34,744 nt of DNA from Octopus bimaculoides. Taxonomy: Eukaryota. The position numbers and the translations under genes are program-made. Shown piece after piece: positions 1 to 9,849 of the stretch (positions are counted from its first letter, which is position 1; every line of letters starts with the position of its first letter). Under the pieces are notes generated by a model, which was not told the DNA's origin, did not search any database, and saw only the letters and a program-made list of their open reading frames with translations. The DNA lies in NCBI RefSeq assembly GCF_001194135.2, contig NC_068985.1:78877239-78911982 (forward strand). The letters are read 5' to 3'.

Positions 1-339
1 TCCAACACCACCATCCTCACAGGCACCCATCATCGACCCTATCATATCACTGTCTCCCTCACCAGTACTTCTAGCAACATCATCTACTGCATCTCCTGCT
101 TTCTCTGCACATCGGTGAAATGGGCTGACTGGTTCATGGAACATCCCTGAGACATCAGACTCAGCAACGACACCCTGGTCTCAAGCCATTTCCGCTCTAC
201 TGGTCATTCTTTACAATACCTGTCTGTGTTGAGATTGTCCTCTCACAGGGGCCATCCAGACTCCCGTCTTCGCCGTGAACAGGAATTAATCGTCTCTTCG
301 CACCACATGGGCTTAAATTTTCTTCCATTCTTCATCTAA
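1..339 (+). mobile_element. Penelope-like element relic, GIY-YIG endonuclease C-terminal region (pseudogenised, starts before the window)
   Basis: Frame +1 reads SNTTILTGTHHRPYHITVSLTSTSSNIIYCISCFLCTSVKWADWFMEHP*DIRLSNDTLVSSHFRSTGHSLQYLSVLRLSSHRGHPDSRLRREQELIVSSHHMGLN. NIIYCISCxxC, ADxFxEH, VSxHF...GH, R..EQELI and terminal GLN match PLE GIY-YIG domains. The YIGxT motif is missing and there is a stop at 148-150. A C-rich tail follows to ~740. Confidence 0.85.
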
Positions 340-799
340 CCCCCTCCTCTCACACTTACTTCCTCCCTTCATTCCCACCCATCTCTCCTCTCTTGCTCTG
401 ACACATACTTCCTCTCTTCACTAATGCCCACCTCTCCCTTCATCGCTAGCCCTCCACATTCCAACCCCACCATCCCTATTCCCACATACCCCACCCCCAC
501 ACCAAACCACTCTCTCTTCCCCTACCTTCACCTCCCCCACACCACCCTGCACAAACTAGCACTGACCACTTCCCAGCACCCACACCCATTTCCACACACC
601 TAACACATGCACATGTGAAGTTCACCAGCCCCTATCCACATGCTTATACACGCTCTCACACTTTCGTTTTGGGATCATTACTATAATATCTCACGTTCTT
701 CCTAGCTCTCCTGTCTGACCACCTCTGTCCGGCATTCACCATGATTGATTGCTAGGCACTAAACCTCTTTTTATTTTCTCTCTGTTTATTTCTGTGTTC

Positions 800-835
800 C
801 TTTCTGTTGAAGAGTGTAAGCTCGAAACATAAGAC
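800..835 (+). ncRNA. Degenerate minimal hammerhead-ribozyme-like motif in the Penelope terminal region
   Basis: CTTT-CTGTTGA-A-GAG(TGTAAG)CTC-GAAA-CA-TA-AGAC: CUGAnGA-like core (A6 replaced by U), 3-bp stem II, then GAAA, ~460 bp downstream of the PLE ORF end. Confidence 0.5.
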
Positions 836-1799
836 TTTCTCACTTCCTGAGCATAAAACTAATACGCATATTTGTTGTTTACACACCCATCTTCGGCTTT
901 TGTTTTCTTTGTGTTTTTTGTAAATTCCAACTATTATATATACATACATATATTTATTTTACATATATATGTATATTATATAATGCAGAAAAGAATGCCA
1001 GTTCTTCTAATTTATCACTCTTTACAGTTCTCATCTTTTAAATTTATTGTACAAAATTGTTCAGCTAATTTGTAAGTTTGTCTCATTAGTCACTTTTTCT
1101 GTATTTAAGGTAGTAAATTAGCCAAATTCTACTTAAATAAATATAGTGTTATTTGTAAACTATAATAAAATAAGTTTTAATATTCAAATTTTAATTTTAG
1201 GTGCAATATTTTAAGTAAAAAGTTTCTTATTCTTTACTTTACTAGAAGTAATAGCTTGTTCTATACTTTTACAGGTGTAATAACTTGCCCTGTACTTTTC
1301 CTGGTTTATAATCTTAAGAATATGACTTTTCATGCTCGCATTTTTCCATGTAATCCATGATTTTTCCAGGCATTGCTGTTATAAGATAATTAAAAATGTG
1401 TCAATTAATAATTTAGGATTTTACCTTATAAAATACTGGGTAGGGGGATACATTAGCTGCTACTTTTAGCATGTCAAGCGACCAGCTAGAGGCTCTTTCA
1501 TTGGTTTGATTGTGTGATGAGATTTTTTCACACATATGTATAATATGCATATATATCATTGACAGAAGTTAGAGAGTAGGTCAAAAGCTGAGAGTTTCAT
1601 GTATTGACACTTATCAAACATGAATTTGTTCATTGCTACTCTGTAACTTGTGATGAAATAATTTCTAAAATACAAAATTTTGTCAAAAATATTAAGAGTA
1701 AACCCTGTTGTATATGACACATTGTACCAGTATCGGAAGTTTCAAAGTGTTTAGTTAAAAAAAATTAATTAAATAATCAATAGTCAAATTGAATAGATC

Positions 1800-1917
1800 T
1801 GAAATGGATAAAAACCGAAGTCGACCTGGCGGAATTTGAACTCAAAATGTAAACACAGTCAAAATACCGCTAACCATTTCACCCGGCATGCTAATGTTTC
1901 TGACAGCTCACTGCCTT
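1800..1917 (-). mobile_element. tRNA-headed SINE family B, 5' part
   Basis: Reverse complement matches the B copy at 26540-26750 (GAGCTG.CAGAAAC.TTAGCA...GAGTTCAAATTCCGCC). Confidence 0.8.
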
Positions 1918-2337
1918 CGGACGTAAACATTCATTTTAGCAATATATTCTTTATTCTTATAGCTAAGCGTTAATTCCTTACTCTCTTACTTACTGACACA
2001 AAATTTTGTGGCATTTCGCCCCATAACTTTTCTTGTACTGATTTTTATTCAATGCGACTAACAACTCTGAACTCCTCATACATTTTTCTATCATTTAAGC
2101 CTAAAAAATGTACACTTTTATTTTGAATAGGTGCCTTACTGCCCACCCCTTGAGGTTGCAGATATTTTGATGTAACTTTTTGTCTACTGAACCAAATCTC
2201 AAACTATTTATGCCAAAGTGTAGCTGAGGAGGTGTTCTCCTTTAAAACAATTAGCAGTTTGCAATTTAGTTGAGAACTGAATTAGTGGTGAAATTTGGAA
2301 GCTGGTGAGACTGACGAAATGGTGGACTTAAGAATAT

Positions 2338-2715
2338 NNNNNNNNNNNNNNNNNNNNNNNNNNNNNNNNNNNNNNNNNNNNNNNNNNNNNNNNNNNNNNN
2401 NNNNNNNNNNNNNNNNNNNNNNNNNNNNNNNNNNNNNNNNNNNNNNNNNNNNNNNNNNNNNNNNNNNNNNNNNNNNNNNNNNNNNNNNNNNNNNNNNNNN
2501 NNNNNNNNNNNNNNNNNNNNNNNNNNNNNNNNNNNNNNNNNNNNNNNNNNNNNNNNNNNNNNNNNNNNNNNNNNNNNNNNNNNNNNNNNNNNNNNNNNNN
2601 NNNNNNNNNNNNNNNNNNNNNNNNNNNNNNNNNNNNNNNNNNNNNNNNNNNNNNNNNNNNNNNNNNNNNNNNNNNNNNNNNNNNNNNNNNNNNNNNNNNN
2701 NNNNNNNNNNNNNNN
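2338..2715. other. Assembly gap followed by (TA)n
   Basis: N run. Confidence 0.99.
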
Positions 2716-2809
2716 ATATATAATAATATATATCATATATATATAATATATATATATATATTATATATATATACATCAACTTCAATATCAAAATGAAATC
2801 AAATTACAA

Positions 2810-3157
2810 TCAAATGGAAAAATGGAAATTGTAGTTGTGACCCTTGGCCGGTGACATGTACAAAGCACCATCCAAATGTGGCCGATGTCAGAGCTGCCTT
2901 GACTGGCTTCCGTGCCGGTGTCACGTAAAAAGCACCATCCAATCGTGGCCAATGCCAGCTCCTCTGGCCTCTGTGCTCGTGGCATGTAAAAAGCACCCAC
3001 AACACTCTTGGAGTGGCTGACATTAGGAAGGGCATCCAGCTGTAGAAACACTGCCAGATCAGATTGGGGCCTGGTGCAGCCTCCTAGCTTCCCAGACCCC
3101 AGTCGAACCGTCCAACCCATGCCAGAATGGAAAACAGACGTTAAACGATGATGATGA
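2810..3157 (+). mobile_element. Retroposon family D with internal CACGTAAAAAGCACC repeats and (GAT)n tail
   Basis: Ends TTAGGAAGGGCATCCAGCTGTAGAAAC...CCAACCCATGCCAGAATGGAAAACAGACGTTAAACGATGATGATGAT. Homologous copies at 25240-25590, 29110-29415, 31375-31560 and 34405-34744. Confidence 0.8.
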
Positions 3158-3175
3158 TATATATATTACATATAG

Positions 3176-3510
3176 TCCTTTACTCGTTTCAGCCATGCAG
3201 AGCACCATATATAAATATATATATTATATACATGCTGGAGCACCATATATAATATATATATATATTTATATATATATATATATATTCTTTTATTTGTTTC
3301 AGCCATGCAGCTGTCGTCATGCTGGAGCACCATATATATACATTATATATTATACATATACATATCATCATCATTTTAATTTTAAGATAGGGTTTTTTCA
3401 GGTTGGCTCAGACATATAGCAGAAGACTCCTGCCCAAGGCATCACACAGTGGAACTGGACCCAGTACCATGTGATTAGGAAGCAAACTTCTTACCACGCA
3501 GCCACACCTA
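3176..3510 (-). mobile_element. SINE family A, rearranged, with repeated 3' terminal fragments separated by (TA)n
   Basis: Head at 3420-3510 matches the reverse complement of A. The terminal motif (TTTCAGCCATG...GAGCACC / CATGCTGGAGCACC) recurs three times in 3185-3330. Confidence 0.7.
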
Positions 3511-4896
3511 CAACTATATACATATTGTTGCTATTTTGCACAAGTGTCCTAAGACCAAAACGTTCCTTTTTTTAAATTTTTGATATCTTGTCATTTGAAC
3601 CAGCTGACGATACAATAGTGTGACCAAAAGAACCGGCTATTGCAATCAAAAAGAAATATTGAATAAAACACATTTGACCAAATTTGGACATACGACAGTT
3701 TCTTATAATAGCAATGATATATAATTATACATGTAGACACACACACATATGCATGCACACATTTATGCATGTGTACACGTGCACACACAATTAGGTGACC
3801 TTTTGAACAAGTATCAAATATGAAATCTCTAGATTGATCACTGCTTTTGAAATGCAATTGTAGTAGCGTCAACTTTTGTGTTTGCTCATTCTAGTACAGG
3901 TACATCATGTCCTTTCAATCCATAAGAGGCAACTAAAATTATTACTGAGAGAAAGGGCTAGAAAACTCATAAAGCAAGATATCTGCCCAACTCACATGAC
4001 CATGGAAACCTGGATGCATATTGATGTTTTGGCACTTCAGGCCTTGTCTGTGTATAGAAATTTATACATAGAAATAAATAAAAAAAATTTTGGCAGCTTT
4101 CCTGCATTCCTGCATTATGAATTTCCTCCAATCACAACACATTTTTTTCTTACAAATTAATATGTATACACACACTCATTCACTCTTTCTCTCTCTCTCT
4201 TTCTCTCTCTCTCTCACACACACTTAGCTACTCAAAATCAGAATATTTCATAGTTTTCAGACAAAACTGATTCACCCTCTGTAGTAACTCAGGTAAGAGA
4301 TAAGTTGAGATCTGAGCAAATATGTGTGAGTGTGTGTTGATAGTTGATTTGTACATGCAAAAAATTGCATAATATCAATGTATCTACATGTGTGTGTATT
4401 TCACTTATACATTTGTTTTTTCAATATTATTTTATGTGAAATTAAGTGTTGAAATGGTTACTGTATTGTAAAAAAGTCAGTTTCTCATAAAAAACACACA
4501 CACACTGGTTCCATGTTACTTTTTCTTAGTTAATGAATTAGATAATTAACCAATTAACTAATGAATTGTTTGACTAATCATTGGATTAATCAATCAATCA
4601 ATCAATCAGTTAATCATTGAGCTTATTTCACAATTCTCTTTACAATTTGTGACCTTATCAATTACATACCCTCGTTGCTCCCAATCTCACATGATGTATC
4701 GTGATAGAATCCCTAATGAATCTGATTAATGCTGTTTGTGCAACATTAAAATGAGGTAATTGAGTTTGTAAACTCCAGCTGCTGTAGCATTCCTCTAAGG
4801 GGCAGTGACCCCAGGAATTATTTACTTGGAAAGATACAGTAATTAACAATGTCACACAAATTCTTTACAAAAAGAATATGTAATGCATTTTTTATT

Positions 4897-5079
4897 AAGG
4901 CATCGGGAATAATCCTTTCAACAATGTAAGGCATCTAGAATAATCCTTTCTAGAATGTAAAGCATCTGGAATAATCCTTTCTAGAATGTAAGTCATCTAA
5001 TAATCCTTTCTACAATGTAAGGTATCTGGAATAATCCTTTCTAGAATGTAAGGTATCTGGAATAATCCTTTCTACAATA
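4897..5079. repeat. 31-bp minisatellite, 6 units (AAGGYATCTGGAATAATCCTTTCTASAATGT)
   Basis: Units start at 4897, 4928, 4959, 4990 (29 bp), 5019 and 5050. The units abut, with no spacers. Confidence 0.95.
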
Positions 5080-5277
5080 GGCACAAGGCCTGAAATGTTG
5101 AGGAAGGGGGATTAGTTACTGCATCAACTCTAATACTGAACTGGTACTTATTTTATTGACCCCTCAAGATGAAAGACAGTCAACCTCAGTAGAATTTGAA
5201 CTAAGAATGTATAGACAGAGGAAATGCCATTAAGAATTTTGCCTGAATGCTAATGATTCTGCCAGCTCACCACCTTA
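5062..5277 (-). mobile_element. SINE family B, full length
   Basis: Reverse complement of the B layout, from tail (TTCTACAATAGGCACAAGGCCTGAAAT) to head (GATTCTGCCAGCTCACCACC). Confidence 0.85.
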
Positions 5278-5384
5278 GGCATTTGGAATAAAGTCTGTAT
5301 CATATAATAATTTGGTTGTTCAATTTGTTAGCTATAACAGACAAATTCCCTCCAACTGGAATCTAACCATCTTCAAAGCTTAAC

Positions 5385-5620
5385 TGTTTCTAACATAGGA
5401 ATATTGCTAAAACTTTTGCAGGCAGGAGAGAAGTGGTGTTCGTTAATTAAATCAAGCCCAGTATTTAATGGGCACTTTTTTTTTTCTAAAACATGGAAAA
5501 AAAAAATGAAAGACAAAGTGAGGCTTGGCAGGAATTTGAACTCAAAACATAAGAAGCTGGAACAAATCTGAACAAGGAATTTCTTTTTTTCTGATGTTCT
5601 AACAATTTCGCCAACCCACA
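5385..5620 (-). mobile_element. SINE family B, degenerate
   Basis: GAATTTGAACTCAAAAC B-box and diverged flanking similarity to B. Confidence 0.65.
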
Positions 5621-6149
5621 TCTATTATCTTAAAAATAATGATTTAAAAAAAGGAGAAAACAGACACTGACATACAAAAAGATATGATGATCATAGTGAG
5701 ACATTTTTCAATCGTAAGTCTATGCAGTTATGGTGGTGGAGGGGGAAAGAAGAAAATGCAGTAACAGTAACAACAACAACTGGCAATTCAGATGACTGAT
5801 AAATGCTGACTGTGGTGTGTAATGAGATATTCTGTTGTTTACAAACAAATTAATTAAGAAGATAAAAAGACTGAAGATGCAGAGCCAATTCTATTTTTTG
5901 ATATCAACAATTTGTTCTTTCATTAAAAAACTGTTTTGACCATGCTAGCATGGATTTGAATGGTGAGTTAACTGAAGCAGGATTTTACATGCAAGTGCTC
6001 TTCCTATCACAAACCTTCATCTGATTATTAAGTAAAGGATTTCTTTATTAAGTAAAGAATTTCTTTATTCCACAGGTCTTCAACAAAAGGTGTCAACTTC
6101 AGCACCACTTTGCTCAAGCAGTGACAAACGTGAAATGTTAACATCTACA

Positions 6150-6440
6150 CATACACACACTGGGCTTCCTGCAGTTTCCATCAACCAAATTTACTTACAT
6201 GGTATTAATCAGCTTAAGACTATGGAAGAAAGACAATCAAGGTACCACAGTCAAGGCCAGTTATTTTGAGGGAAGGTGTATTGACATGGACTCCAGTACT
6301 TGACAGGTAGTTTAATTCATCAAGCTCAGTGGGAGGGGATGAAAGGTAAATTTGATCTCAATTGGATCCAAACTCAGAATGTAAAGAGCTGGAAGAAATA
6401 CTGCAAAGAATTTGTCCAACTCTCTAACGATTCTGCCATG
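6150..6440 (-). mobile_element. Family A fragment (6150-6250) followed by a family B copy (6245-6440)
   Basis: GGCTTCCTGCAGTTTCCATCAACCAAATT (A); GATGAAAGGTAAATTTGATCTC...AACTCAGAATGTAAAG (B). Confidence 0.65.
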
Positions 6441-7195
6441 TTCAGATTTATCTTGTAATTACCATTTCTATGGAATCAATATATCACATTAAAAAAACTT
6501 GAGCTACAAAATGTAAGTATATGAATATTTCTATATAAGTAATTAAAGAGTATATACATTGTAACAGACATGAAAAATAAAATAAGCTAAACAACACTAT
6601 AGACAAATCTTCATGTATTTGATAGTAATGAGGGATGTATGCTCAGATAGAAGTATTAAAACAATTGTAAAGAAAAGAAATCTCAAGCTACGAACAATTT
6701 TAAATTTATTTGCAACTGAAAACTTCTCAATACTTTTACAGAATATCATTTAAAGTATAAATTAAGATAACATCTGTATTATAAAAATCAAGCAGACCAC
6801 CTGCCTGTTCCTTACAAAGGAGGAGGGGAGTGAAGATGGAAAAGTTGTTGAGAGATACAGTGAGAGAGATTGTAAAAAGATAGATAGGTAATGTTGTCAC
6901 CATAGTAACTAACAAGTTTTGATTAAAAACATGGGAATCTTGAGTACAATTCTGTCAACACAATGCAGCTGACTTAAAAAAAAAAATCACTATATAGCAG
7001 TTTACTTATTAACTGGCCTAACCATACAATGCATAACATTTCTGTTACACATATGCATATAATACATATAGTTATGTTTTGGTTGTTTGTGTGTGTATGT
7101 GTATTTGTATGCATGTGTATTTTTCTGTATTTCAACATACAGACAATGCAACACAAACTTTAAAACAAGACTTTCACTATGACAGGTTATTGGTG

Positions 7196-7252
7196 AGAGA
7201 GAGAGAGAGAGAAAGAGAGAGGGAGAGAGAGAGAGAGAGAGANNNNNNNNNN

Positions 7253-7287
<35 letters not shown>

Positions 7288-7300
7288 TGTGTGTGTGTGT
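7196..7300. repeat. (GA)n/(GT)n microsatellite containing a 10-N gap
   Basis: Direct reading. Confidence 0.95.
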
Positions 7301-7719
7301 GTTGTCACCATAATAACTAACAGGACTTTCACTATATAACAGTCTATTAACTGGCTGTACCATATGAGGTACATTATAAATAGTTTTATTAATGACAGCC
7401 ATGTTATTGTTATGCACAGTCAGCCACAGTACATAAGGGAAGATATTGTTCAATGAGTATACTTATTCTGTAGCATATGAAAAAAAAAAGCATTTTAAAT
7501 AAATGTTATTATTCAGCAGTATTAAAACCACTATTAACCTTGACCGAGGAAGTCAATCTAAACATTATTTGAACAATTTATGTAGGTATGTGCATGATTA
7601 ACAAATATTTTTACCTGTTGCATAGCAATGGATAACAACCTAGTTTATGATAATTTTTTTAATAATTTAATAATTTAATAAAAGAATATTGGGTAGTATC
7701 TAAAAGATTATGATTGCAA

Positions 7720-7935
7720 ATACTAGCTGCTAAAATGGAATTCTTCCAAAGAATCTCTGGAGTAATGTTACTTGACAGGATTTGTAGCTCAGACATCAGA
7801 GTGTCTCCGAGCTCCAACACTATGAAAATATGATCAGAATGTCATAGGAAAGGATTACCAGATAGATTTTTCAAGTCATACCAACAAGCAGGAGAACAGG
7901 GAGTAGACGAGTGAGATAACAGGATAATATGTGTA
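7720..7935 (+). mobile_element. RTE-type LINE relic, C-terminal part of the RT ORF
   Basis: Reads AAKMEFFQRISGVMLLDRICSSDIR, then with frameshifts/stops YENMIRMS*ERITR. Resembles RTE 'AAEMRFLRRI.GV...DRIRN.DIR...W.GHV.RM..ER'. Confidence 0.7.
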
Positions 7936-8339
7936 GTCTCAGTCAGTGATGCTTAAGAATTCAACCAAAAAGTTTAATGACAGTTGCTTTTAATAGGACC
8001 TTATGGAAGAAGTGTCTGAGGATTCTATTCCAAAGACTCTCTTGAAATAGTGAACAGCAAAAATGGATGTTTCCAACTGGACTGAATCAATAACCACAAC
8101 ACATTGTAGAATTCACAACTTTGACAAACACTTATATGAAGCATATGTATATGAGCCTAACCACTTTGGTTTTATGCAAAAATTGAAATATATATCGGAT
8201 ATCAATTCCCCAGAACTAGACTTGAACATCTCAACAAGCAGACTAAATGTACTATCAAATGTAAACCAATTCAACACAGGCAAACATCACCACCAAAGAG
8301 AGATAGCACAGTAACAACATCAATGCCAACATTGAAGTA

Positions 8340-8830
8340 GAGACAGACAATATTTGTTTTGACAATCAGCTGTCCTCTAAGTGTATTTTGTGATCAGCCC
8401 ATCCAAACTATTGTTTCATTATCATATCATTGACTCTACACATAACAAATCAGCTTGCTGTAGCACTTCTGTATCCAGCACAGAAAACTACCTGGAGATT
8501 CTCATAATATTTAGCAAGTATTGCTGGTGGAAATATTCTAAAGAGCATAGAGATCTGCAATATGTTATTCACATCACACGCACGATACACATCTATTTTT
8601 ATGCTGGCTTTTATATTTGATTAACTGAAGTCTTTTCCAACTTTCCACATGCATCAGCAGCTTTTCAAATCTTGAAGCTGATTTCTTTCACCAGAGTAGT
8701 GTCAGGAATGTGTACTAACAAGGAATGCAAACTAATCCACAATCCTAAACTTAAACAGTTAGTAGATGATATAGTCTTCCAGGAGCTGGTCAATATTTCA
8801 TAACTGTCTTTTTAACAGTAATTGTTAACC
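8340..8830 (-). mobile_element. RTE (BovB-like) LINE relic, RT C-terminal region
   Basis: Minus strand reads LVKEISFKI*KAADACGKLEK...LEYFHQQYLLNIMRISR*FSVLDTEVLQQADLLCVESMI...LEDS*LSKQIL. Matches RTE 'DKEI..RI.KA..AFG.L...LE.FHQRCLR.IL.I.W.D..TEVL..A...IESM...MED.RLPKQIL'. Confidence 0.8.
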
Positions 8831-9022
8831 TAAACACATTACATACTTCAGAGATATAGTCATTTGGTATGAATGCAAGTTAACTTCACTGTGAGTAACT
8901 AGATCACAGTATTGTCTATAAAACAAGCTTGTTCATTTATTCATCTATTTACCATTTGCTTGTCCATACTAGTTTAGTTGGAAGAGAATTGATTTTGAGG
9001 CAGGACTTTACAACCAGACTTC

Positions 9023-9286
9023 TTAAGGTTATCTCTACAGATGTTCTATAGAAATTATATCTAGCACTGATTTTAGTTATGTTTCATATCTGAGACATCA
9101 GATGTAAACAAACAATGAGATTGAAGATGAAAAAAAAAGTAATGAGTATATATGCCATATTTCAGTTGTTTTTGCTCCTTCATCAGAACTCATCTAACCC
9201 CACTTAATCATCCACAAACACATTGCTTAAATAGTCACTGTAACATTATTGGCTAAACTAACTTTGCATATTAAACACATTCCTGG
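9023..9286 (+). mobile_element. Truncated copy of the TIR element at 9369-9764, in opposite orientation
   Basis: Collinear with the reverse complement of 9464-9721 (e.g. GTAAACAAACAATGAGATTGAAGATGAAAAA vs TTTTTCATCTTCAATCTCATTGTTTGTCTAC). Confidence 0.85.
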
Positions 9287-9368
9287 TACATAAATATTGA
9301 TGACTTGTAGAGACATGATATTTTGTTATGTAATCGTAATATACTATAAAGTATATTAAGCATTTTTA

Positions 9369-9764
9369 TAAGTCAATACTGTGTTCTACTGTGTTAGCAG
9401 TGTACTTTACATCACTTGTTAAGGTTATCTCTACAGATATTCTATAAAAATTATAGCCAGCTTCCAGGAATGTGTTTAATATGTAAAATTGATATATTCA
9501 GTTATGTTATACTGTTGAATTTAGTGGCTATTTAAGCAATATGTTTGTAGATGATTAAGGAGTCAGAGGAGCAAAAACTTCTGAAATATGTCATATATAC
9601 CCATTACCCATTTTTCATCTTCAATCTCATTGTTTGTCTACATTTGACATCTCAGATACAAAACATCATAACAAAATCAATGCTGACTATAATTTCTATA
9701 GAATATCTGTAGAGATAACTGTAACAAGTGATATAAAGTGTACTGCTAACACAGTATTGACTTA
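9369..9764 (-). mobile_element. Non-autonomous element (MITE-like) with ~85-bp TIRs, superfamily unassigned
   Basis: Left TAAGTCAATACTGTG...CACTTGTTAAGGTTATCTCTACAGATATTCTATAAAAATTATAG; right CTATAATTTCTATAGAATATCTGTAGAGATAACTGTAACAAGTG...CACAGTATTGACTTA. Confidence 0.75.
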
Positions 9765-9849
9765 GTGTATTATAGTTGCACAATGAAATGCCATGTCCCT
9801 ACAAATCATTAATATTTACAAAAGCAGCCTGTTGTTTTCCAAGGGAGTA

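Noticed and set aside
2266-2791. 142-169 aa ORFs
   Set aside because: They span the N gap and (TA)n.
4897-5079. 31-bp repeats as a CRISPR array
   Set aside because: Units abut with no unique spacers, there are no cas genes, and the context is eukaryotic.
8063-8620. Plus-strand ORFs of 83 and 79 aa
   Set aside because: The second is antisense to the RTE relic; neither shows recognisable motifs.
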